From positions 2,465-66,464 of the forward strand of contig PYIZ01000041.1 of the NCBI GenBank assembly GCA_003635265.1: a stretch of DNA of 64,000 nucleotides, written 5' to 3'. The position numbers and the translations under genes are program-made. The notes under the pieces are model-generated. The model ran no database searches. It saw nothing but the letters and a program-made list of their open reading frames with translations, and was not told the origin of the DNA. Shown one piece after another: positions 19,667 to 28,873 of the stretch (position 1 is its first letter; every line of letters starts with the position of its first letter). Source of the DNA: Candidatus Poribacteria bacterium (GTDB lineage Bacteria > Poribacteria > WGA-4E > PCPOR2b).

Positions 19667-20572
19667 ATGCGATCCGCACGTTTTTCTCGCGGGTTCAGTG
19701 ACTACCAGATCAAGATGGCGTTTATCATGCCGACCATGATCTTGCTCATCTTGATGAATATTTTCCCGCTGCTATGGTCATTGTACTTGAGTTTTCATCG
19801 TTATAAGGCTTCCATGCCGAACCGTCCGGCAAAGTTTATCGGTGTCCAGAACTACGCACGGCTACTGACCGATCCGGAGATCTGGGGCTATTTTCAAACG
19901 ACCGCTTACTTTGTCGTACTCGCTGTTATCACCCAATTCATCATCGGTTTCGGGTTGGCGTTACTCCTCAATCGTGAGTTTCGGTATAAGGGAGTCGTGA
20001 CAACGCTGATCCTATTACCGATGATGCTCTCCCCGGTTGTCGTCGGTCTCTTCTGGCGGTTCATTTTTGCGTCCGACGCCTCAGGCTTGGTCAACTATCT
20101 ACTGAGTTCCCTGCTCAGTGAATCGATTGGTTGGACGACAGACCCCAAGATCGCCATGCTCGCCGTTGTGATTGTCGATACGTGGATGTGGTCGCCGTTC
20201 ATGATGCTGATTTCCTTGGCTGGCTTGTCCGCTATCCCCAAGTATCTCTACGAAGCCGCAGATGTAGACCGCGCCTCCCGGTGGTTCAAGTTTCGTTGGA
20301 TTACCCTGCCGTTGGTTTCTCCCCTGTTATTAATCGCCCTGCTGTTCCGCACGATGGATGCCTTCAAGATGTTTGATATTGTTTACGTGCTGACCCGCGA
20401 AGGGGGACCGGGGACGGTGACAGAAACTGTTTCAATGAACCTGTACAGACTGGCGTTTCGGAATTATAACACCGGCAAGGCGTGTGCGATGGCTTACCTG
20501 CTCCTAATTATCATTGTCGCGTTGAGTAACATTTACGTGAAACAACTGAATAAGGTACGCGGGGAGGCGTAA
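19667..20572 (+). CDS. Carbohydrate ABC transporter permease (MalF-like)
   Basis: FIGVQNY, LPMMLSPVV, EAA motif LYEAADVD.ASRW.KF..ITLP. Confidence 0.93.
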   Translation: MRSARFSRGFSDYQIKMAFIMPTMILLILMNIFPLLWSLYLSFHRYKASMPNRPAKFIGVQNYARLLTDPEIWGYFQTTAYFVVLAVITQFIIGFGLALLLNREFRYKGVVTTLILLPMMLSPVVVGLFWRFIFASDASGLVNYLLSSLLSESIGWTTDPKIAMLAVVIVDTWMWSPFMMLISLAGLSAIPKYLYEAADVDRASRWFKFRWITLPLVSPLLLIALLFRTMDAFKMFDIVYVLTREGGPGTVTETVSMNLYRLAFRNYNTGKACAMAYLLLIIIVALSNIYVKQLNKVRGEA

Positions 20573-20573
20573 G

Positions 20574-21728
20574 ATGGCACAGATAGAACGAAATAGATTT
20601 GGACATTACGTCGCACTAGCTATAATTGTGGTGGCGGTACTAGTCTACCTTACCCCAATCTACTGGATTGTCGCGACCTCCCTGAAATCGCCGAGTGATA
20701 TTATTGCGCAGGTTCCCCTATTCCTATTTCGAGTTACCTTTGAGCATTATCAGAAACTGATGCCCGATGAAGTCCCCGGACTTACATACCTCTTCATTGC
20801 ACAGGTGTTGATTGGGATGCTCGCCTGCTTTTTACCTCTCCGAAACATGGTCTTGGCGCGTCGTTTTGCACTTCTGTGGAACGGTCTGCTGATTTTAACC
20901 TGTCTCTACGCGCTTGCGACTACTATCAACTACAATTTCTTGATGTTGGCGATTTACACAGTTGTTGTTTTCCTGCTGATTTCCCCTCAAAAGGCAACCG
21001 AAGTGAGACGGATTCGCCTGTCCCTTGTGGGTGTCGGTGTATTGGCAATTGTTGCTATCTGCACACTATTTGCACACGGAGGTTCAAAGTATTTCCATCA
21101 GCTGCTGAACAGCATCATCATCGGGTTTGGCAGCACCCTCCTCGCCGTTGGATTCGGCACACTGTCTGCCTACGCGTTTTCGCGATTCAAGGTCGCAGGC
21201 AAGGAAGACCTGCTCTTCTTCATCCTCAGTACACGTATGCTTCCGCCCGTTGTTGTTGTTATCCCAATTTACTTGATGTACAGCGCCCTCGGACTGCGCG
21301 ATACCCACTTTGGACTTATCCTACTTTACACCACCTTCAACGTTTCCTTCGCTGTCTGGCTGATGAAAGGCTTCATCGACGAAATCCCAAAAGAATACGA
21401 AGACGCCGCCCTTGTTGATGGGTATACCCGCTTCCAAACCTTTGTCAAAGTTGTGTTGCCCCAATCTGTGACGGGGATTGCTGCAACGGCCGTTTTCTGT
21501 CTAATCACGGCGTGGAACGAGTTTGCCTTTGCGCTGGTATTGACCGAAGTCGGTGGCAGAGCAGTAACCGCACCACCTTCAATCACCAGCGCGATCGGAT
21601 CTAGCGGCATTGATTGGGGGAAGATCGCGGCTGCGACCTTTGTTTTCCTCTTACCTGTTGCGATTTTCACCTTCCTGATGCGAGGTCATCTGTTGCGCGG
21701 TGTCACATTTGGTGCGGTTAAAAAGTAG
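20574..21728 (+). CDS. Carbohydrate ABC transporter permease (MalG-like) with extra hydrophobic insertion
   Basis: TSLK, LLNS, AYAFSRF, EYEDAALVDG, AWNEF, GAVK. Confidence 0.92.
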   Translation: MAQIERNRFGHYVALAIIVVAVLVYLTPIYWIVATSLKSPSDIIAQVPLFLFRVTFEHYQKLMPDEVPGLTYLFIAQVLIGMLACFLPLRNMVLARRFALLWNGLLILTCLYALATTINYNFLMLAIYTVVVFLLISPQKATEVRRIRLSLVGVGVLAIVAICTLFAHGGSKYFHQLLNSIIIGFGSTLLAVGFGTLSAYAFSRFKVAGKEDLLFFILSTRMLPPVVVVIPIYLMYSALGLRDTHFGLILLYTTFNVSFAVWLMKGFIDEIPKEYEDAALVDGYTRFQTFVKVVLPQSVTGIAATAVFCLITAWNEFAFALVLTEVGGRAVTAPPSITSAIGSSGIDWGKIAAATFVFLLPVAIFTFLMRGHLLRGVTFGAVKK

Positions 21729-21781
21729 AAATACGTTCGCACTTCGGAGGTAGTTCTCGGATTCAATGTGGTTGCCTTGCT

Positions 21782-21841
21782 GTAGGTCGATTTTCCAAAA
21801 TCGACGTGGGGGGACGAGTCAAGATATGAATCTCGACCTAC
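21782..21841. repeat. Inverted pair of GTAG-headed REP-like palindromes (REPIN-like)
   Basis: gtaggtcgattttccaaaatcgac ... gtcaagatatgaatctcgacctac; second copy shares 18 identical nt with 44974. Confidence 0.75.
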
Positions 21842-21981
21842 TTTTGGTGAATCGCCCCATGCTTACAGCATTTCCCGCATTGCTACAGCGAACTATCGAC
21901 CTAATTGAAAAAGATAGTTGAAGATTAACACGCAATATGGTATATTTTCAATCAACTTATCCTAGATTGCTAGTTGTGCCA

Positions 21982-22125
21982 CACGACACACATTAACCCC
22001 CTACAGCGGTAGGTTAGGCAATCCCGATAAATCGGGATTTCGCTGATGCTTAACTTGCCTGACCTACAAACCCCTAGTTGCTTCGAATCCAGAGTTTATC
22101 GGGACGGAGCGACATGTGTGTCGTG
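21982..22125. mobile_element. MITE-like nested inverted-repeat element in the leader of the cytochrome gene
   Basis: Perfect 12-bp IR cacgacacacat/atgtgtgtcgtg enclosing gtaggttaggcaa/ttgcctgacctac and atcccgataaatcgggat. Confidence 0.6.
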
Positions 22126-22212
22126 AATTGGGTTGTTTCTAATAGGTGCCGAGTGGAGAAACTCGACCTACGGGCTATCTAGCAATTAGGGTTAAGATAA
22201 GGAGGCTTAACA

Positions 22213-23271
22213 ATGCTAAAACATCAGATAGCTCTGATCGCCCTTTTAATCGGTTGTGTCGCTTTCATTTCCTGCGATCAGCTAGTAGAAATATTAACAC
22301 CGGCACCACCAGAAGCGGATATGCCGGACGACATGATGCCGGACGATAGCATGATGGTTGGCTTGCCAATGTACATCTCAATGTACACCTCGTGGCTGCC
22401 GAAGGTTACCTATCCCGAAGCTACGGAGACCGGTTTAGCACACGGTGAAGGTGCTCGTACGATTTACATCAACAACGTTGGGGCGAAGGCGTTGGAAGAT
22501 GCAGACGTGACCGCTTATCCCGCCGGGACTATAATTGTCAAGGAAATCATGGACGACGCAAACACGTTCATTCAAAAAGTCGCAACAATGAAGAAAACGG
22601 ACGATTCGCGCCATAACGGGTGGACGTACAAGAAATATGCCCGTCCTGATGAAAACACTGACTACACCCAGGTCAGAGGGGATGGACTTCCAGATGCAGC
22701 CGAAGGGTGTCATGCCTGCCACACTGCAGCCCCCGTGGACAGTGTCTTCGTCGATTTCTCGATGGATGACACGACGACCGATGATGACACGATGTCTGAT
22801 GGTGACATGATGCCGGCAGGTGACACGTTGCCTGTGACGGTGGACCTAGCAGGGTACACTTCGTGGCTGAATAATCCCCTTCCCGGCCCTATAGGTGCCG
22901 GTGGAGCACACGGTCAGAACGCGCGTACGATTTACATCAACGATGTTGGCGCTATGGCATTGCAAGATGCGAGTGTGACCGCTTATCCCACCGGGACAAT
23001 AGTTGTCAAGGATATCATGGATACCACTAACACCTCTGTTCAAAGCCGCGCTATAATGGTGAAAACGGACAATTCGACCTATACCGACCATAACGGGTGG
23101 ATATATAAGTATGTCGATATCAACGCCGAGTCAGTTGAAGTCGGAAGCGATGGACTTGACGGTCAACAAGGGTGTCATGGTTGCCACGCCGCAGCTGGTA
23201 CAGATGGTATACCCGGTATGGACGGTGTCTTCGCGTTCCAGAGGGCTGACATGGATGGTGAGGGGCAGTAA
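22213..23271 (+). CDS. Lipoprotein with two tandem cytochrome P460/c'-beta-like heme c domains
   Basis: FIS-C lipobox-like; two repeats of YTSW..AHG..ARTIYIN..YP.GTI.VK..HNGW.Y..CxxCH..D.VF (CHACH, CHGCH). Confidence 0.8.
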   Translation: MLKHQIALIALLIGCVAFISCDQLVEILTPAPPEADMPDDMMPDDSMMVGLPMYISMYTSWLPKVTYPEATETGLAHGEGARTIYINNVGAKALEDADVTAYPAGTIIVKEIMDDANTFIQKVATMKKTDDSRHNGWTYKKYARPDENTDYTQVRGDGLPDAAEGCHACHTAAPVDSVFVDFSMDDTTTDDDTMSDGDMMPAGDTLPVTVDLAGYTSWLNNPLPGPIGAGGAHGQNARTIYINDVGAMALQDASVTAYPTGTIVVKDIMDTTNTSVQSRAIMVKTDNSTYTDHNGWIYKYVDINAESVEVGSDGLDGQQGCHGCHAAAGTDGIPGMDGVFAFQRADMDGEGQ

Positions 23272-23578
23272 GATGAGTCTTGAACTTGAAGGACTGAAAA
23301 GCCTTTGGAACCACGATTTCAACGTTCCTCAAATTTGCAGCAGGAAAATATCAATCTGCTTGCAAAAAAATCGTTGAAAATTAATTTGAAGTATGATATA
23401 TTCATAGAGAAGTTATGTAGAATATGAATTTGACGGGTGCCTATGTTGCTGGAAAGCACACAGTTCATTGTGTCTATACAGTAATAGATTGGCATCTTGT
23501 CATTACCTATTTATTGGCGTAGCTTACAGATTTCCCACGTTTGCTACGAAACACATTTTAAAATAAGGAGTTTTAACA

Positions 23579-23854
23579 ATGTTAAAATTTCAGATGGGCC
23601 TGGTCGTCCTTTGCATCGGTTTAATCGGTTGTGTTGTCTTCGTCTCCTGCGACTCCATACAGGATATGATGACGCCGGGCATGGGCATGGCTAATGACGA
23701 TGACGACGACGACATGGGCATGGGCATGGCTAATGACGATGACGACGACGACATGGGCATGGGCATGGCTAATGACGATGACGACGACGACATGGGCATG
23801 GGCATGGCTAATGACGACGATGACGACGACGACGATGGCATGATGACGCCATAA
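23579..23854 (+). CDS. Small Met/Asp-repeat lipoprotein; heme-less paralogue or truncated duplicate of 22213-23271
   Basis: AAGGAG RBS; signal peptide similar to the upstream gene; (MGMGMANDDDDDD)x4. Confidence 0.6.
   Translation: MLKFQMGLVVLCIGLIGCVVFVSCDSIQDMMTPGMGMANDDDDDDMGMGMANDDDDDDMGMGMANDDDDDDMGMGMANDDDDDDDDGMMTP
23678..23833 (+). repeat. 39-bp coding tandem repeat x4
   Basis: Unit ggcatgggcatggctaatgacgatgacgacgacgacatg; flanked by atgatgacgcc direct repeats. Confidence 0.92.
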
Positions 23855-24022
23855 TGGCTACCGCCATGATAGACATGTCGATGAGCCCTGAATCTGAAGG
23901 GTTGAGAAGTCAAATACCAATCAATGCCTAACAATATGCTTGGCGCAATGAGCTAAGAGTTAATAGACAATGACTGGGTATTTTGGCTGTCTTCGTTGAT
24001 AGAAGAGTTTCATATGCTAGAA

Positions 24023-24075
24023 CGAGGGGTTTGAACTGTGAAACCCCTCGCTTTAGTGTGTGAAAGTATGCCAAA
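24023..24075 (+). mobile_element. Possible decayed IS200/IS605 (tnpB 3'/right end) remnant with 10-bp hairpin
   Basis: cgaggggttt-N8-aaacccctcg then ctttagtgtgtgaaagtatgccaa; reads LNCETPRFSV*, like TnpB C-termini. Confidence 0.35.
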
Positions 24076-24078
24076 TCT

Positions 24079-25194
24079 ATGCCGACCGTTAAACTTGAAA
24101 ATCTCACCAAGCGTTTCGATGATATCGTTGCGCTTGATGGGGTCAACCTTGATATCCGAGATCAAGAATTCTTCGTCCTGCTCGGTCAGACTGGAGCAGG
24201 CAAAACAACTACCTTGCGCTGTATCGCCGGATTGGACCTACCTGAAAACGGCGCAATCTACCTAGATAATCAACAGATTAACCACCTCACACCCGCCGAA
24301 CGGGATGTCGCCTTTGTGTTCCAGGCACATATCCTGTACCCTCACCTAACCGTCTACGAAAATATGGCATTTCCGCTACATCCGCGTGGTCTATCGGAGG
24401 ACGAGATCTCTGACCGCGTCACAGATATTGCGTCAATGCTGCACATCGAGCACCTCCTGCAACGCAAACCGAATCAACTCAGTGGTGGCGAAACACAACG
24501 GGTTGGTCTTGGCAGGGCGATGGTGCGGCGACCCCAACTCTTCCTGATGGACGAACCGATCTCCAATCTGGATGCCAAACTCCGCACGGAGATGCGCGCA
24601 GAGATTAAGTGGCGGCAGCGTCAACTGGAGATCACAACATTATACGTCACCCACGATCAGATCGAAGCGATGTCGATGGCAGACCGTGTTGCTGTGCTGG
24701 AGAAGGGGCGGGTTCAACAGGTCGGCACACCGACGGAGATTTACGACCATCCAGCGAATCTGTTCGTCGCTGGCTTCATCGGCAATCCGAGTATGAACCT
24801 GATCCCCTGCCAATTAGTTACTTCGGGAGAGAGGATCTATCTGGAATTGGTTGGAAGGCATCGGATAGCGGTCAAGGACGAAAGGATTACCCACACCTTA
24901 AGTGCGTCCGGGAGAGATCGGGATCTGGTCCTCGGTGTGCATCCGGAGGATCTGCTCATCAGTGGAGATAGCTCTCCAGAAAATATCCCTGTAGAAGTTT
25001 ATAGCTTCGAACCTCTCGGTGCGGAAACGATTGTGGATGTGACTCTCGGCAAAGATGGGACGGGTGACGATATTATCTTGAAATCCAGAGTGGGGATGAC
25101 ATTTGATGTTCGTGTTGGGGGTGCGTTGTGGATGACCTGTGTGCCTGAGCGGATTCACATCTTTGATGGGGATACAGGTGAGGCGATTTGCTAA
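24079..25194 (+). CDS. Carbohydrate ABC transporter ATP-binding protein (MalK-like)
   Basis: GQTGAGKT, LSGGE, LMDEP, YVTHDQ, TOBE-like C-terminus. Confidence 0.95.
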   Translation: MPTVKLENLTKRFDDIVALDGVNLDIRDQEFFVLLGQTGAGKTTTLRCIAGLDLPENGAIYLDNQQINHLTPAERDVAFVFQAHILYPHLTVYENMAFPLHPRGLSEDEISDRVTDIASMLHIEHLLQRKPNQLSGGETQRVGLGRAMVRRPQLFLMDEPISNLDAKLRTEMRAEIKWRQRQLEITTLYVTHDQIEAMSMADRVAVLEKGRVQQVGTPTEIYDHPANLFVAGFIGNPSMNLIPCQLVTSGERIYLELVGRHRIAVKDERITHTLSASGRDRDLVLGVHPEDLLISGDSSPENIPVEVYSFEPLGAETIVDVTLGKDGTGDDIILKSRVGMTFDVRVGGALWMTCVPERIHIFDGDTGEAIC

Positions 25195-25201
25195 TCTTGG
25201 C

Positions 25202-26251
25202 TCAAGTGATTGGCACAATTTCGCCTGTCCTGACCGACTCCGCTTCCTTATAGCAGAGCAGCAGTGCGTCCCTTGCACCAACTCCCGATAGTGTGGTCGG
25301 GTCGCTCCCGCTATTGATCGCATCGACAGCGTGCTGAATCTCGCCTGTAAAGGCATCAACAGGATCTACCTCGCCCAAATCGACTTCATGAGTCTCCCCA
25401 TCGTCGGTCAGCAGCATCAACGGGGTTGAGGTGACAGGTTCACCGCCAAGCGTCGCAAAATCATACAATAACGTGGCTTTTTCCAGATATAGCTCGAAGC
25501 CGTGCGAAAATGCCCGCCCCTGCTGAGACACCGCCCCCGATGAGCAACTGATCGAGAGATCTTTGTCCTTGTAGATATACTGGGTCGTGAGGTATTCGAC
25601 AAAGTTGCCGGCAGCGAGTTTGCCTTGCGAGAATACCGCATCGGGGACACCACAGAGCAGCTGAATAAAGTGCGTATCGTGGATATGCAGATCGATACCC
25701 GGTCCCCCGCTCTTTTCTATATCTGCGAAGTCGCGCGTCCATGTCGGCTGGGAGATCACCCGCTTGAAATGCCCACCGAGTAGCTGTCCGTATTCTCCAC
25801 TTTCAACCACCTGCTTCGCGTAAGCGAATTCTGCAAAGAACGGTAGGACATGCGCCACCATGAAATACTTGCCGCTGTCCACACCGACCTGCACCACCTC
25901 GTTTGCACCGTCGAGCCGGATCTCAATCGGTTTTTCGACGAGGACATGCTTCCCCGCTTGGAGGGCAGTGATGCTGACCGATTTGTGCATAAATGTTGGG
26001 AGGCAGATGTTCACCATGTCGATGTCCGGATCTGCGAGGAGTTCCTCGATCTGATTGTATTTCCGAAGGTGCGAGAGGTCTTCGATTCCACCGCGGGGAC
26101 CAAAATTTCCCTGAATGCTTGTCCAATCGCCGTCCAACTTTTTCTGATCGCGTGTACAGATAGCGACCACCTCCCCGCCGGAGACCTTCTTCGCGCCGTA
26201 GTAGTGGATCATTCCCATGAAACCGATACCGATAATTCCAATTCTGACCAT
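25202..26251 (-). CDS. Gfo/Idh/MocA family oxidoreductase
   Basis: GIIGIGFMG, GKHVLVEKP, DLHIHD; GGAGG RBS before ATG 26251. Confidence 0.92.
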   Translation of the reverse strand: MVRIGIIGIGFMGMIHYYGAKKVSGGEVVAICTRDQKKLDGDWTSIQGNFGPRGGIEDLSHLRKYNQIEELLADPDIDMVNICLPTFMHKSVSITALQAGKHVLVEKPIEIRLDGANEVVQVGVDSGKYFMVAHVLPFFAEFAYAKQVVESGEYGQLLGGHFKRVISQPTWTRDFADIEKSGGPGIDLHIHDTHFIQLLCGVPDAVFSQGKLAAGNFVEYLTTQYIYKDKDLSISCSSGAVSQQGRAFSHGFELYLEKATLLYDFATLGGEPVTSTPLMLLTDDGETHEVDLGEVDPVDAFTGEIQHAVDAINSGSDPTTLSGVGARDALLLCYKEAESVRTGEIVPIT

Positions 26252-26395
26252 TACTTTCCTCCGTGTTCTATTATAAAAAATCGAATCGTTTATTTTCCTA
26301 TCTACAGTAGAGAACGCAGATCGGTGCTTCCTACGTTTGTCAGACGCCTTCTTTATTAAAGTGATAATCTGTACTACCACGCCCGTCTAAGGCTA

Positions 26396-26419
26396 AATGA
26401 ACCAATGAACTAATGAACC
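26396..26419. repeat. Octamer tandem repeat (AATGAACY x3)
   Basis: aatgaacc aatgaact aatgaacc; inverse copies at 19504 and 37356. Confidence 0.7.
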
Positions 26420-26428
26420 TGTAAACAT

Positions 26429-27274
26429 TCACGCCCAGACAAACACCTCATCGTCATCTGGAGAGTACCCGATGAAGATAGCAAGTACAGTGCGCGGGGA
26501 TTTACCCTTGATACCGGGGACTTCATGGATACATCGGGTGTTAAAAAAGTAGAGATCGCCGACCTCCAGATCGACCTGAACGTTTTCGATGTTGTTCTCT
26601 GCTGCATACTGATGGAAGGTATTGTCTGTGATGTGGTGAGCGATTTCTGGCTGCCACAGGCAACGATGGAGGATGGATTGTGCTGTTTCGCCCTCAATCT
26701 CAGAGTTCTGGAAACAGAGTATTCCAGCCAACTGATGCTCGAAGCGATAAACCTCGTAATTGACGCGATTCTCCCGCCATCTGACCGAATCGAAGTGTGG
26801 ACTATAGGAGGCGCCGCCATAGTGAATGCGAAAAATCGCAGGTCCGTATCGCCGACCGTCAGGCTCATAAGCGGTCACGATACGTTTGCCGGGGGCTAAA
26901 CGGGCGAGATTTTCATAAAGGGTCGAAACCGGATTATCGTATCCGTCGAACAACGTCTCAAAGAGAGCGTGAGTTTCTTCGGCGTGTGAAAAGAAGTCCT
27001 CTGGTGAGTTGCCGCGATTGCCTAGACTGGTACCGATGTCTATCCGTTCAGTTGGAACAACCGATGGATTATTATAATGCCTGTCTTGGTCATACATCAG
27101 ATCTTTTTCGATAAACCGTTGGGTGAGTCCTTCACAGTGAGCGGGGTTATACGCCTGACGGATGACCGGTGCCGGTGTTCTCATCTCTGCGAGTGCTTGA
27201 ATTGGATTGGGGTATTTTTCCAAAATCGCCTCCCAATCCGGTTCAATAGGAATCCACGGATCCTGTTGCGACAT
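26429..27274 (-). CDS. Fe(II)/2-oxoglutarate-dependent dioxygenase-like protein
   Basis: PHFD ... GDLYFFN..IHEV......R facial-triad pattern. Confidence 0.75.
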   Translation of the reverse strand: MSQQDPWIPIEPDWEAILEKYPNPIQALAEMRTPAPVIRQAYNPAHCEGLTQRFIEKDLMYDQDRHYNNPSVVPTERIDIGTSLGNRGNSPEDFFSHAEETHALFETLFDGYDNPVSTLYENLARLAPGKRIVTAYEPDGRRYGPAIFRIHYGGASYSPHFDSVRWRENRVNYEVYRFEHQLAGILCFQNSEIEGETAQSILHRCLWQPEIAHHITDNTFHQYAAENNIENVQVDLEVGDLYFFNTRCIHEVPGIKGKSPRTVLAIFIGYSPDDDEVFVWA

Positions 27275-27409
27275 GATTTATTCTCCATTAACTGATAGTG
27301 CGAGTGTCAAACTATTTAATACGCTCCTCTGGCAGAGACGGTGCGTGAAACGTGAAAACCGTTTGTTCATTGGTCTATTAAATCTACCTCTGTTGGAGAA
27401 ATCCGCCGC

Positions 27410-27892
27410 TCATAAATCTCGAATCTCAGCCTCCAACGAATCCAAATCTACAATAGCGACCGTGGATCTGCCGGTCGTCCAACCGCCGGTCTCGCCGGGG
27501 TTCACGATGAGCGTCCCGTCGTTACGCACATCGATCTCATGGGTATGCCCATAGATCACAATGTCGTACTTACCGCTTTTCGCAATCGGTTCGGCAAGTT
27601 CCGGGTAGTGCATTGCAGCGATCTTACGTCCACCGACCTCCACGCTTGCGAGGTTGGGGTGAACCTCTCCAACCTCCTCAAACCGTGCAGCGAGGCCGAT
27701 CTGCTCTCCATCGTTGTTACCGAAGACGCCGACGACTCGACACTTCAGGTCGCCCATCGCTGCCACCACAAATGGTGCGATGAAATCGCCGGCGTGTATC
27801 ACCAGTTCAACGCCTTCATTGTTGAACAGTTCGACCGCTTTCTTGACCATCGGAACATTATCATGACTGTCTGACAAAACACCAATTTTCAT
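27410..27892 (-). CDS. YfcE/MJ0936-type metallophosphoesterase
   Basis: SDSHDN, HAGD, GNND, GHTH, NPGE. Confidence 0.92.
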   Translation of the reverse strand: MKIGVLSDSHDNVPMVKKAVELFNNEGVELVIHAGDFIAPFVVAAMGDLKCRVVGVFGNNDGEQIGLAARFEEVGEVHPNLASVEVGGRKIAAMHYPELAEPIAKSGKYDIVIYGHTHEIDVRNDGTLIVNPGETGGWTTGRSTVAIVDLDSLEAEIRDL

Positions 27893-27968
27893 GCGAACCT
27901 CCTAGAACGTGATGCGTGAAACGTAATACGCGAAAACCAGTTGCACGCTTTCTCAACATGGGTGAACC

Positions 27969-28829
27969 TCAAAATTCCTGTGCCTGTTGTTCAATCAGAT
28001 CTGGGTTGACATAACCCTTGTGGAGGACGACACGATACTGAAATTCAAGTCGATCATCTTCTGCAAGCTGAAACGGCTCATAATAAGCCGGTGACGGGTG
28101 GAGTATGCCATAGTTTTCTCGATTCCGCACCCACCATGTCGTCGGATGGCGTGGGTTGGAAGGGTGATCGATAATTGTCCCCCCGTAAACGCCGCCATCT
28201 TCCGCGTGTGTTCCGGCGAAACCGCACCACCGGCTCTGCTTTCCAAAGATGTCCATCGGTTCTGTACGTCCATCCGCATCCAACAACTGCCCCGGCGTGA
28301 GTGCGTTGTCAAACCGAATAGTCAAGCCGCTGTAGAACAACCCGCCCCCTCCCGGTTCTCCACGGTTGAGATCTAACGTCACCTCGCGTCCATGTGGCTG
28401 AAATTCGAGATGCACATCAACCACCAGATGATCTGCTTGTGGAGGAAGCACGGTTATCCGACGAATCTCCGTGAGATGCGTCACATCCTGCCAGTCAATC
28501 CACGCATTCTCGACTGTGAATTGGGCTTTCTCTGCATCGCTGGACTGCTCCACGATCCGCTGATGGACGATCCTTCCGAACCCTGTGGGATCTTCGCCCG
28601 GCTTCGGCTGTTCCCAGAAATTGACACCATTGACCTTTTTCCACGCAACCCACATCCCTTGGTGGTGGACATGATCTTCGGGTTGGTTCATTGTCAGTGG
28701 CGGCGAATCCGGCAGTCGAAGCGGCTGCCAGTAGGTTCGCTGTCCACCCGTTTGGAAATGGTAGTTGAGCAGCGTCTGTCCGTTCCAAGTTAAGCTCAAT
28801 CCATCATCAATTAATTCAAGTGTCAACAT
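27969..28829 (-). CDS. DUF6807/PmoA-family (galactose mutarotase-like fold) protein
   Basis: DHVHHQGMW, VNFWE, DHPSNPRHPT.W.VR. Confidence 0.75.
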   Translation of the reverse strand: MLTLELIDDGLSLTWNGQTLLNYHFQTGGQRTYWQPLRLPDSPPLTMNQPEDHVHHQGMWVAWKKVNGVNFWEQPKPGEDPTGFGRIVHQRIVEQSSDAEKAQFTVENAWIDWQDVTHLTEIRRITVLPPQADHLVVDVHLEFQPHGREVTLDLNRGEPGGGGLFYSGLTIRFDNALTPGQLLDADGRTEPMDIFGKQSRWCGFAGTHAEDGGVYGGTIIDHPSNPRHPTTWWVRNRENYGILHPSPAYYEPFQLAEDDRLEFQYRVVLHKGYVNPDLIEQQAQEF

Positions 28830-28873
28830 CGGTTTTTCCTTTCTGGGAAAAGATGCAAGATGCACTACCCCAA

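Noticed and set aside
23678-23833. 39-bp repeats as a CRISPR array
   Set aside because: Units are contiguous with no unique spacers, keep a reading frame, and no cas genes are present
23590-23934. Minus-strand poly-Ser ORF
   Set aside because: Antisense shadow of the Asp/Met repeat; the plus-strand ORF has the RBS and signal peptide
27969-28829. Particulate methane monooxygenase subunit A
   Set aside because: Soluble beta-rich protein of the misleadingly named PmoA/DUF6807 family; no TM helices and no pmoB/pmoC
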